Of a stretch of 64,000 nt of DNA, positions 41,754-58,536 are shown one piece after another (the stretch's first letter is position 1; every line of letters begins with the position of its first letter). The position numbers were made by a program, and so were the translations under genes. Below the pieces are notes generated by a model. The model was not told where the DNA came from and did not search any database. It saw nothing but the letters and a program-made list of their open reading frames with translations. This DNA comes from the human T2T-CHM13v2.0 reference genome, Homo sapiens: the NCBI RefSeq assembly GCF_009914755.1, contig NC_060929.1. The stretch is one strand, 5' to 3'.

Positions 41754-41927
41754 AGGGGCACCCACTGTCACCTCCAGCCCATTGCTGTTGCATGAGACTC
41801 TGGGGTCAGTGTTGCCCAAGTTTAAGAAAAACCAGAAATGAGGGGTTTTGTATGGAATCTTCCACTTTTTAAATGTTTGCAAATAATGTTTACACCCTGG
41901 GCAAAAGGGTATCAAGGACGACTCCTC

Positions 41928-42534
41928 GTGTATTTGTTTTCTATAGCTGCCATAACAAGTTACCATGGATCTGGAAGCTTAAACAACACAATGCATAATG
42001 TATTCTTACCATTTTAAACAACATAGAGGTATTCTTACAGTTCTGTAGGTCAGAAATACATCATGCGTGGGTCTCACCAGGCTAAAATCAAGGTGTCAGT
42101 GGCAGGGTTACCTTCCTTTCTGGGAGGCTCTAGGGGAATGTTGCTTGTCTGGGTTGAGGACTGAGGCTCCTGTTCCCTGGCTGTCTATCAGCTGCCGACT
42201 GTTCCCAGCTGCTAAGAGCTGCCCATCTTCCTGGGCTCACGACCCTTTTCCTCCATCTTGAGAGCCAGCAACCGTGGGTGGAGTCCCTCTCGTAGCTCAA
42301 ATCTCTACTTCTTCTGTCTCATCTTTTAATGCAGACAGAAAGGTTCTCTGCTTTTAAAGACCCCTTGTGATTACATTGGGACCACCTAGATAATCCTGGC
42401 TCCTCAAACCCATCTCCAGGTCCTTAACCTCAATCATGTCTGCAAGGCCCCCTTTGCTACATAAGGTACACATGTTCACAGGTTCCGGGGATTAGGGCAT
42501 GGCCATCCTTGGGGGCTGCTACTCTGCTTACCAT
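41928..42534 (-). mobile_element. MLT1C/D MaLR LTR
   Basis: TATAGCTGCCATAACAAGTTACCA, CTTAAACAACA, GGGTCTCACCAGGCTAAAATCAAGGTGTCAG and TTCACAGGTTCCGGGGATTAGG. Confidence 0.8.
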
Positions 42535-43022
42535 GCCTGGTTTCTGGCTGGAGACACAGGTGGGCAGTTGTTCTTTCTGAGCCTGCCTGGTCCTCAGGTT
42601 CCCTCTTCTGGGCCTGGGAAGATTCCCTATCCTCCCACAGGAGCTGATGTCCTCAGCCAGAGCTCACCATGTTGGTACAATTCCTGAGACTCCCCCTCCT
42701 GCCTGGATCCTGGCCTCCCTGCAGGCAAGGGCAAGAGCATTTCCTGCAAGAGAATCACACTGCCCTACAGCTACAAATCAAGAGATACGGAGACAAAAGA
42801 ACTTGGGATATGGTATAAAAAGACTGAAGTTGAACTCTGGTATCATTTATTCATTCAGCAAATATTTATTGATCACTGTGTGCCTGATACTGTGCTAGGC
42901 TAAGCATAAAAATTTCCCTCATCATGGAGCTTACATTCTAGGGAAGAAGACAGACAAGTAAACACCCAGATAAAATACATAAAGTGCAATGAAGAAAAGC
43001 ATAGGGTTCTAGGAGATTGAAT

Positions 43023-43396
43023 AGGGCTCAGCAAACTTTTTCTGTAACGGGCCAGATAGTAAATGTTACGGGCTTTGCGGGCCACATGGGGTCTCTATTT
43101 AATAGTCTACTTTGATTTGTATGTTGTTTCGTTTTGTTAAAACTCTAAAAGTTAGCCTGCCATGGTGGCACCCACCTGTAGTCCCAGCTACTCAGGAGAC
43201 TGAGGTGGGAGGATCATTTGAATCCAGGAGTTTGAAACTGCAGTGAGCTACGATTGCACCACCACACTCCAGCCTGGACAACAGAGTAAGACCCCATTTC
43301 AAAAAAAAAAAAATGTAAAAGTCATTTTAGCTTGAGGGTCACACAAAAACAGGCTGCCGGATTTGGCCTTCGGACCATAGTTTTGACTGATCCCTG
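43023..43396. mobile_element. MER58 hAT-Charlie element interrupted by a partial Alu (about 43150-43312, + strand)
   Basis: AGGGCTCAGCAAACTTTTTCTGTAACGGGCCAGATAGTAAAT...GGATTTGGCC...CCATAGTTT...CCCTG; Alu right arm with A-tail inside. Confidence 0.8.
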
Positions 43397-44540
43397 GGAC
43401 GGAGTATCAGGAGGGACCTACCTACAGCTGGGGAAGGAGGGGCCAGGAAAGACTTCTGTGAGGAGGCAACCTTCAAGCTAAGATGTGGAGATATGAGGAA
43501 CAGCCAGCCAGGCAGTCAGGTGATGTATGTAGCGGGGGCAGGTATGGACAGGGAGGTCAGGGGAACCCCTGCTCATATTCGAGGAACCAAGAGGAAGCCC
43601 TATTTTTTGGTGCTTCTCCACCTCGGCAGGTTCCTTCGCCTCATTGAGCCTCCCTCAGCATCCCTTCCTCCTCGCAGGCTTGTCTTGAACATTATCTGAA
43701 ATCCTGTCAGGTACTGAAACCAGGTATGGCAGGCAGAATGCTGCTACCACCCCCTACGATGTTCAGTGCTTCAAGCCCCATTACAGGGGCAGGGCTGTGT
43801 TACACTGTGGAGTGCCGCAGCACTGGGAATTCCACCTTCTCCTGGCCACCGCCTCTGCCTTGAGCCTCAGCACCTTCTGTGAAATGAGGATGGAAGCCCT
43901 GCCTTGCCTGCTCCCTGGGGCTCTGGTGAAAATTTGGATGTGAAAGTGGTCTGTGAATGTCAGCCTCATGGTTGAGAGGGCAAGCTCTGGGGTGAGTACC
44001 AGGTTCAGAGCCTACTGTTTCTAGTTGTGTGACTGCATACATTTCTACACCGTCTCTGTGCTTCAGGCTCATTGTGTGTAACATGGGGAAGGTAATCATG
44101 CCTTCCATGTGGGGTTCTGTCAGTGCTGAGTGATAAGGCAGCGCTCTGTGCAGATGCAGTGTCCCCAGCTGCTGGCAGGAGGGGCAGTGGGCAGCTCACA
44201 GCTGTGCTTCCCACTGGGAATTGCCCTAGACAGCCTTGCTGAAGGTTATGCCCCCTCCCAATGACTAATTGATGCTTGGATATAAAGGCCAGGCTGCTTG
44301 TCTCACTCTAGGACCACTTAGAAAGGCCTTCTCAGCTGCAGAGTTCCTGGTAAAATGGGCCAGGGGCTCACATGCAGCCACATGGGTGCAGCCTCTTCCT
44401 CACTCCTCTGCCTGTCTCACCTCTTTACAGGTGAATCTCCCCAGAATGCCTCCCAAGAAGCCGTCAAAAAACAATTTTCACCTCAAGATCTGTTCCCAGG
44501 GAACCCAATATCTACCAGTTATGGATGTGAATATTTTGGG

Positions 44541-44710
44541 GTAATGATTCTCAAATTTGAGTGGGCATCAAAGTCACCCAGGGAGCTTGATAAAATAAAA
44601 ATTGCTGGGCCCCACCCTGAGAGTTTCTGAGTCAAGTGGTCTGGGGTGGCCAGAGAATCCGCATTTCTAACAAGAACCTCTCGGTGATGCTACCACTTTC
44701 AGAATCACTG
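44541..44710. mobile_element. MER5A hAT-Charlie element
   Basis: GATTCTCAAATTTGAG...ATTGCTGGGCCCCACCCTGAGAGTTTCTGA...GCATTTCTAACAAG...TTTCAGAATCACTG. Confidence 0.75.
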
Positions 44711-44759
44711 TTTTAGAACTCAGTAAGTTGCTGCCCTCCTCTTATTCCTCTTCTGAACT

Positions 44760-48220
<3,461 letters not shown>

Positions 48221-48374
48221 AAGACGCACAAGGGGCAGGGCCTTCCACCCCTAAGCTTACCGTGGGGCTGGTGGAGACTAGAGCCCAGGGAGAGAGAGGA
48301 GGGGCTGAGCCATTGAAGCCCAGTTTATTCTTCCAAACTCATGGATAAATCATTTCTCCTCCATTGGAGAGGAA

Positions 48375-49205
48375 TGTGTAATATGAAAAAACAAACTCAC
48401 TGTTTTTTCCTCTCTGTTCACACATGCAACACAGAATACTTCTGTGACCAAATGTGTGGGGCAGGGAGGGGGGCTCCCCGACAAGCAATTCTCCAGCACC
48501 AGCCTGGTGTCCTGTGATTCAATTCAATTCTGACACTACCTACCTGGAGTTAGAGTCAGATCCCACAGGTAAAGGGATTGGTCCCACAAGATTATCCCTC
48601 ACCCCCAATCTTCAGATGCCATTTGCAAATCCAGACCTTGGGTAATTCTGACCAGCCGGCTGTAAATTGGTGGTTCCCCTCCTTAGATTTGATTATCTGC
48701 CAGAGTGTCTCACAGAACTCAGGGGAACACGTTTACCAGTTTATTATGAAGGATATTAGAAAGGATACAAATGAACAGCCAGATGAAGAGCTGCATAGGG
48801 CAGGGTCTGTGGGAAGGACCTCCTACATTCTTGTGGAGGCCTCATCACATGGCATGATCAATTATCATCATGATCTCCAGCTCCTGTCCCCTTCCTGGAG
48901 GATGGTGGGTTGGGGCTGAAAGTTCCAAGCTTCTAATTATGGCATGTTCTTTCTGGTGACCACCCCGCCTCCTGGAGCCCACCAAGAGTCACCTCATTAG
49001 AACAAAAGATGCCTCTGTCACCCAGAAAACACCAAGAGATTTAGGAGCTCTGCATCAAGAACTGGGGTCAAAGACGAAATATTAGAACATAAGATTTTCC
49101 TAGCACTCCTTTTGCTTAGGAAATGACAAGTTTTAGAAGCTCTGTGCCAGGAACCAGGGACAAAGACCAAAGTCTATAGTTCTTATTATAAATCACAATA
49201 TCACA
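48375..49205. mobile_element. MER21-type ERV LTR
   Basis: TG...CA-bounded; CTTCTGTGACCAAATGTGTGGGG, AATTCAATTCTGACACTACCTACCTGGAG, ATTAGAACAAAAGATGC, ending ATAAATCACAATATCACA. Confidence 0.75.
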
Positions 49206-49503
49206 GCTGGACAGAGAGGCCAGAGTGTTACTGTAGGGCAGTCCTCCACATGAAATCACAACTATTCAAACTCAGGGAGGTCTTTTATACATATCCGCGT
49301 GTGCTGTATATGCAGAGATTGGAGGTAGGACTTTGGGATGTCATGTAGAAGTTCCTGTGTGACCAAGGTATCCCTGGATTTTGCTCATTCCCTAAAGACT
49401 GGAGAGGAAGTGGGATTTGCAGTTAGCCAAACCCTGTGCCTGAGTTCTCTTGGCAGGAGGAGAGCTGACCCTGTCCTCTGCCTCCCCTTATGTTTCCCTC
49501 TAG

Positions 49504-49670
49504 CTGCAACAGCAAGCGCTACCTGGAGACACTTCCCAACACAAGCATCATCATCCCCTTCCACAACGAGGGCTGGTCCTCCCTCCTCCGCACCGTCCAC
49601 AGTGTGCTCAATCGCTCGCCTCCAGAGCTGGTCGCCGAGATTGTACTGGTCGACGACTTCAGTGATCGAG
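49504..49670 (+). CDS. GALNT10: GALNT10 coding exon 4 (167 nt, start of the GT-A catalytic domain)
   Basis: TGTTTCCCTCTAG| acceptor and |GTAGGA donor. Translates (N)[55 protein letters not shown], with the GalNAc-T hallmark motifs LP..S.II.FHNE.WS.LLRTV.SV and EI.LVDDFS. Phase fits exon 3. Confidence 0.98.
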
Positions 49671-50840
49671 GTAGGATCCGTCCCACCCAGCCTCCCACCC
49701 TCTGTGCTTCATCTGGCGACTCACCAAAGGGATGGCAGGTTTTCCCTTCTTTAGCAGCATCAACATATAGGCCATCATTGGCTAAATGCCTGGACGTTGC
49801 ACTGTGCACACATTTTCTCATTTAATCTTCACAACTCATGAAGTGACTGCCATTTTTATCCCCTGCATATCTGTTTAGAAATGTATTAACTGCAAAAAAA
49901 AAAAAAAAAAAACAGAAAACTTGATAAACAATAACTCAAACAAGTGTAAGGATTCATTCACTTATCTGTCTCTATCTATTTATTAAATATTGCATAACAA
50001 GAGATCCAGGACTGGTACAACTGGCTGCTCAGCGCTGTCATCCAAGAACCAGGCTGTTTCTTTGTTTCTGCTTCCTCATCCTCATGGTCACAAAATGGTA
50101 CCTCTGGCAAGTCTGCCTTTCAGGCAGGGAAAAGGGTGGAGAGCAAAGGGCACAAAGCCTTCATCTGTCAAGGTTTTGCCTTCTAATTCAGGAAAGTGTC
50201 CTGTAGACTCTCAGCCAGATCTCTGACATCTGGGCACCCCTATCTGCAAGGAAGGCAGGGAATGTGAGTGTTTTGGTTTGTGGCCTCTTTGGTGAGTTAG
50301 GAAAGGGAGAAGTGGATTAGAGATGTCAAGTAAGCCCAGCTGGGATTGCAGTGTCTGGCACACCATTTTACAGATGAGAAAACTGAGACCCAGAGAAGTT
50401 AAGTGACTTACCCTTGGTCACACAGCTCTCATGTAGTCATGTGGTGACCGAACCATGTCTGGCCCCAAGCATGTGATCTTAGCTACATCCAGAGCCTCTT
50501 AGCTGTGAGTCTTACCCTGTGGAATAACTCAGTCTCGGGTTTAAGAGACACAGAGATGGGGCCAAAAGTGAAATCTAAGAGGAAATTGCCCTTCAGCCAG
50601 TGGCCTCAAGCTTATTCTTTGCATCAAAGCTTTCACCAATTGCAGCAAAATTAAGAGAAGCCCTTTCCTCTGCTCACCTTCTTGCAGAGGCACTAATAAG
50701 CAGTGAAGAGAGGGAGTATGCGTGCACTCCAGAATAATTGCAGCTGACAGTTTCAGGAGCGGCTCACCTGCCCATCGCCCCGTTTTAATACCGCACTCTT
50801 AATTACATGCGTTTAGTACAGAGGCCTCAGAGAGACAGAG

Positions 50841-50843
<3 letters not shown>

Positions 50844-50882
<39 letters not shown>

Positions 50883-50891
50883 TGTGTGTGT
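50844..50891. repeat. (GT)n microsatellite
   Basis: Directly visible. Confidence 0.95.
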
Positions 50892-53800
50892 AGACATTTA
50901 ACTCAGTTCTTACCCGGTCTATAAAGTCTTCCCTAACTCTTGACATACACTCATTCTCGTGCTACCCTTTACGTTTCCTTCCTTTTCCTTACCACTTATC
51001 ACAGGTGGAATTAAAATACATATTTGTGTGAACATTGGTGTGTTGTGTGCCTCCCCTACTAGACTGTCTATTCTGATTGCAGGGACTACCACATTGGTCC
51101 TGTTCACCACTGATCCCAGCTCCTTAGGCATACAGTAGGTGCTTACTACCTGTTTGATGAACCAGAGCCTGGTTCTCCAGTTTTCTTAGTACTTCCACCC
51201 TGGAAGTACTAACAGTAAGCCTTGAGCACACTATATGAGATTTATCTGTGTCCACAAAGCGAGGCCTATGAGCCTGCTGGTGGTGGGGGTGTGCCTTCCT
51301 CATCCCATAGTCCTGCTGTTTGGCAGAGAGCCTGGCAATATCTATATCTTTGATCCTGGCCCTGCTACATACTATCTCTGTGACCTTGACCCACTCACTT
51401 CCCCTTTCTGAGCTTTAGTTCCCTCATCTATAAAATGGGATCACAATAGTACCTACGACCTCTTAGGTGGCTGTGACTGTCAAATTAGTTAATAGATGTC
51501 TATCAAGTGCTTAGGACAGTACCTGGCACAGAGTGAACATTAAAGATAGACATCTGAGCTTGTTATCATTTCTGTTGTGGACATTCCTTATGGTTGGTGT
51601 GCAGGAAGGGGAGTCAGGGATGAGTATACAGAGGTGCATGTACAGGACGGATGTGTGGGTGCAGGTATGTCTTTCCTTTCTGTAGGGAAGAAGATTTTTG
51701 CAAACTGTAAAACACTGAGCAACAGTCTCTGGTCTCAACCTCCGCCTAAAATATGTCCCTGTCCCTTCACCCCTCTCTTTATAATAGCAGCCCCCATTTT
51801 GGGGAGAAGCTCAATATGCCAGGCCCATATATTCTCTCATTTATTCTTGACAGCAGCCTCTGAGGGAAGCCTTGGGGTCCCTCCTTTCAGATGAGGTGCC
51901 CAAGCTAAGTAATTCGCCCAGAATCACAGGCCATGGAGCAGTACCCCTAGGTCTGTGGATTCAGCACCCAGACCCTGGGTCCTCTTCTGCCTCTTGCTCC
52001 CTCTCTTCTGCTTTCTGTTTCCCAGTCTCCTCTCCCAGCCTCATCCTTCTCCCAGCATGAGCTGCCACCCACAGGCCAAGGGCTCACAGCTGGGCAGCAG
52101 AAAGGGAAAAAAATGAGCGAACTGCTCAAGTGATTGATTTTCTGCAGCATAAACAGCCTCCACCACCTGGGGACAAACACCTGAGCCTTCCCTCAGGTAC
52201 GGGCTGCCTGCTCTGAGCAGGCTCCTTGTTGTACTCCTTCTCAGGGCCACAGCAGTGGCAGTGAGGGCTGCGCTCACTTTCTCACACTCCCCAAAGACCC
52301 AGCCACAGCAGGGCTCTCTGTCCTGGAGCACAGCACACACCATGCTCTGTCCTGCCTTGGGATCCTGTGCCCTTCCTCTGCCTGAACGCCCTCTTCCCAG
52401 TTCTTCCAATGGCTGGCTCGCCTCATCCCATCATCATTTAGGCTGCACCACTACCATTATTCACCATGCTGCATGCGCGGTTACATGGCTGTTTGTTGAG
52501 CTGTTTATTCATTGTCGGTCTTCCCCCACTAGACCACTTGTGGTCTGGAAGGAGGTGATTAGTAAATGTTTGTGAATGAGTGAATAGATGCATGAGGAGG
52601 GAGGGAGGAAATGTATGGCAGCTACCCATGCATACAGAAAACCATCACCAGCAGCAGGGCCATCTTCATCCAGCAAGACAGATGTGGCTGTGGAAGACAC
52701 TGCAGTTCTTGCAGTGACTGGTGCTGGCCCGCATCTGTGTTTTCAGGCTCGGGTCCCTGTATGTAACCTGTTTTTCTGAAGCACCAGCTGCCCTGGGGTT
52801 GGGCTTGTAGCACTCAGCAGGATCCCCCTCTGGGTATCACAGGGCATCCGTCCTTCAGACATGGAATAAACCAGACCTCAGCCAGATTCAAAACAAGCAT
52901 CTCTCCTTGTTCAGTTAGAAAAGAATTTCAAGATCATCTAGGCCCGTGACTTTGTGCCTGCTCCTCAGAGCAGCAGAGGCCCCAGAGAAGTCTCAGGAAA
53001 CGCTGTGAGAAGTATGGAGAACCTCACAGGCACATGTGGGGTTCAGGTGCCTCTCCTGGTGTGGTCTGTATTTACTTTCTGAAAAAGTGTTCACTAGGGG
53101 GAGTTACACTGCTAAAAAAAGTATATGAAAACCACTGTGTAACTCAACCTGCTCATTTTACAGATGGGAAGCCCGAGGCCTGGAGCAGTAGGCAGACTTA
53201 ACCAGGAGCACACAGCCAGCTGGTTGCAAGAGAGGGACAAGACCCCATATCTGGGCCACAGTGCAGCCTTGTCCCCACTCGCCTTGGGTGGTTAAGTGAC
53301 ACATCTGCAGAAACACGTTATTCCTTTCTATTTCCAAGGGCACTTCTTAATAAATTACTTTCCCATTGTATTACGGTGCAAACTTTTTGCCGAAAAGAAT
53401 TCATTATCAAACATGATTAGTCCTGACCTATAATGGTTTGTACCTCTAAATATCCCAATTTCCTCAGTGTACATAGTGGTAAAGATAACAGAATAACCCC
53501 CTCCCCCACCAGTAAAGTATAACAGTCTTGACAAAGAAAAGGTACACTTCATAACAAGATCATTCTCTAAGTGCATCTGTTTCTCCAGAGAGCAAAAATA
53601 TTAATTCAATGTGGTGCCATACCCAATCCTAAAAAGATAGAGAAGAAAAATAATACTGTCCCATTTCACAGATGAGAATGAAAACCGAGGCCCCCTGATC
53701 ACTGCCCCCTTTTCTCAACCAATTAGGCACCCAGCCCAGAGGAGGACTCCCACCTCACACCCTTCAGACTTGCACCTCAGCTGTCATGTTTTGCAGCCTG

Positions 53801-55574
53801 CATTTTTCAGAAAAGCAATCATTATTCTTGTTTCAAGAAGAAATTCTCAAGGCAGCTTTGGAAGAAAACTTACTCAGCAGTGATTGTTTTAAAAACGAGA
53901 TTTGGGAGAAACAATTTCAGAATTATGGAGAGGCCTGTCTAAAGTACGGCAAATATGGACCATCCTACAAGATAGATTTCTCTGGGCTGCATTAGCAGAG
54001 GCTGTTCTCAGAGCTGAAATTCATAGATGCTAACTACAAGCTAGATTGGCACTGCCTAGGAGAAGGCATTTTCCTCTGAAATGAATCTCCTCCAGGATCC
54101 TCAGGGCAACTAATTGTAATTCAGCTAAGGGTCGAGACCTCAGGTAGGAGACAAAATTGGAGCAAATGAATTCTCGAAATAAGATCCAGAGCTTTGTGCA
54201 GGCAGCATCAAGGACTCGAGTGGAAGCAGAAGCTGACACCAGAATAATCCTGGCCCTGCTTACAAATAGAACACTGCACTTTGCCAGGGGTCTCCACAAG
54301 CTCTTCAAATGCATGAGCTTTGCTCGAGGATTAGGAGAACATTGAGGTGTTTTTGCACATGTGGAAGGGAAAGATGGGCGTATAGGCTGGCAGACCTGTC
54401 CCCGGGTTGCACTGCCTGGGTGGCATGTTTTTATGAGGAAAAACAAGAGAGGTCTTGTTAATTTGTTTGTTTTTATTCCTTTCTCCTTAGCCTCTCCACT
54501 TTCAAACAGTGTTGTTTTTCCAGAAAAATTAGTTATGTGGTAATGGAAAGAATTACTGTGTTTGGATTAACTAGAGGCTGCCCGGAATGATGAGGTACAA
54601 AAGTGACAGGCTATGGTATGATCTCATTGACAGCATTTTCTCCAGCTCAACTGCCTTTCTACAAACAAACACATGTAGGAAATGGTTCCCAGCAGAAGTT
54701 CTTAGCAGGTGTTTGCAGAGCTGTTGAAAAGTTGTTGCAGTGATTGGTGCTGGAAGGAGTATAGACAATGCTGGGCCCGTTAGTTCACATGGTAGTGAGC
54801 TCACCTCACCCATGAGGCCAGGGTCAATAGTCCTCTTCCCATAACGGGCTTATTAACTCTGACCTGCACTCTCACACCATGCCAGTCATGGGAACACATC
54901 ACGGAAATCCATTTTGCCCCATCCCTCTTTGCATTTCAACACATCACTCTTGACACTGCCCAATAAACCTCTATTCCCCATTTCTTGTCTTCTCTCCAGC
55001 AGCTTTAGTTTGCTTCTGACACCACCACAACTTGTTAGCATGGCCATTTCCCACTTACAGTTTATTGCTTGGGTTCTTTCGCCTTTTTGAGTTCTTTTGC
55101 TGCTTATTTTGTTTTTCTCTACATCTGTTCTGATTTATCAAAGTAATTCATATTCATGTATTCAGCAGTATTCATGACATGACTCTGTGCCACATGCTGT
55201 ACTTTGTGCTATGATATAAGAGGAATCAAATAGGCTTCCCTCGACAGCTCCAGTAGGCCTAGAGGAGGTAAGGGGCAGTTGTAAGACCGTGAGACCATGA
55301 AATACGTGCTACCTGGTGAAAGTCCAGGCAATGTAGGGTACAGAGAACAGCAGGGCAGACTTTCTGGAGAAAATTCCAGCAAAATTTAATCCAAAGTGTT
55401 GTAGATATTACTCCCTGGGGTTAGGGAAGGGAAGAATGTTCCAGGCAGAAAGAGCAGGACAAGCACAGGCTGGGAGTCGAGGAGAAAATGTGGGAAATGC
55501 AGGAAGAGCCATCCATAACCTTATCACTTGGAGGCAATTAGTATTAATATTTAGGCTTTTTGCCCCAGTGTTTT

Positions 55575-56565
55575 TTCTTTTAATAGACCTTATTTTTTAG
55601 AACAGTTTAGGTTCCCAACAAAACTAAGTAAAAAGTAGGTAGGTCCATGGCCATACTACCCTGAACACACCCAATCTCATCTGAAAGTACAGAGAGTTCC
55701 CCACTGTCAAAATCCCATACCATAGTGGTACATTTGTTACAATCCCTGAACCCACATCAATACATCACTTTCTCCTAAAATCCATAGTTTATATTAGGGT
55801 TCACTCTGGTGTTGTACATTCTATGGATTTGGACAAGTGTAAAATGACATATATCTACCATATGACGTATAGCATCATACAGAGTAGTTTCACTGCCCTA
55901 AAAATCCTCTGTGCTCCACCTGTTCATCCCTCCCTTTCCCTAAACCCTGGCAACCACCAATCATTTTACTGTCACTGTAGTTTTGCTTTTTCCAGAATGT
56001 CATGTAGTTGGAATCATACAGTATATAAAACCTTTTCAGATTGGCTTCTTTCACTCACAAATATGCACTTAAGATTCCTCCATGTCTTTTTATGGCTTGA
56101 TAGCTCATTTCTTTTTAGTGCTGAATAACATTCCATTGTCTGGGTATACCACAGTTTGTTTATCCATTCACCTACTGAAGGACATCTTGGCTGCTTCCGA
56201 GTTTTGGCAAATATTAGTAAAACTACTATGAACATTTGTGTACAGGATTTTGTGTGGACATAAATTTTCAGCTCACTTAGGTAAATGCCAAGGAGTGTGA
56301 TTGCTGGATCATTTGGTAAGAGTATATATAGTTTTATAAGAAACTGCCAAATTGTCTTCCAAAGTGGCTGTACCATTTTGCATTTCCACCTGCAATGAAT
56401 GAGAGTTCCTGCTGTTCCACCTCCTCATCAGCATTTGATATTGTCAGTGTTTTGGATTTTGTCAATAGCTGCTTAGTGGTCTCTCACTTTTATTTTCACT
56501 TGAATTTTCTAATGACATATGATATAGAGCATCTCTTTGTATGCCTATCTGCCATTTGTAAATTT
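55575..56565 (-). mobile_element. L1MA/L1MB 3' portion, antisense
   Basis: The ORF at 56014-56376 (-) translates to the L1 ORF2 C-terminus (QPLWKT.W.FL...DPAI.LLGIY...W.QPRCPS..EWINKLWY...EYY-like SALKRNEL); 3'UTR motifs TTTATATTAGGGTTCACTCT. Confidence 0.88.
55643..55684 (+). pseudogene. Tailless 5S rRNA retrocopy (5S nt 1-42)
   Basis: GTCCATGGCCATACTACCCTGAACACACCCAATCTCATCTGA versus 5S GTCTACGGCCATACCACCCTGAACGCGCCCGATCTCGTCTGA (recalled): 35/42 identical, with 5 of the 7 differences being CpG transitions. Flanked by AAAGTA repeats. Confidence 0.9.
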
Positions 56566-57062
56566 TCTTTTTGTTCTCAGTGTTTTATAATTTCTGTTTT
56601 CTTTTTCCTACCCTCCCAATTCCCCTCCAGTCCCACCCCACTGAGGAAATTCATGTTTGCAGTCTGGTATGTATCATCCCAGACCATTCTGTATAATCAT
56701 ACTAACATATAGTAACATGTAATAAAAAGAACTCATGTTTATTGAGCTTCTACTGTGTGCTAAGTGCATTCACTCTTTTATTATCACAGCACTATGGTAG
56801 GTTCTGTCATGCCTAGTGTGAAAACCATACTGGCCTCAATGATATCAGACCTCTTCTTTCTACTTATAAATTTAATATTTTTGTCCCTATTTTACAGATG
56901 ATGAAACTGGGACACAAGTAAGTTGCTGATGTGTACTTAGCTCAAAGAGACAGAGCTTTGATTTAAAACCATCCATTCTGATTCTAGAACCTTTACTCCT
57001 AAGCTTTACATGCTTTTTCCCCCATTTATTAGGATCATACTGTATACATTACTTTACAACTA

Positions 57063-58536
<1,474 letters not shown>

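Noticed and set aside
49385-49821. Antisense ORFs across exon 4 and a possible antisense lncRNA (I recall SAP30L-AS1 overlapping GALNT10)
   Set aside because: The ORFs are mirror effects of codon usage. The lncRNA exons cannot be located from the sequence alone, so I do not annotate them.
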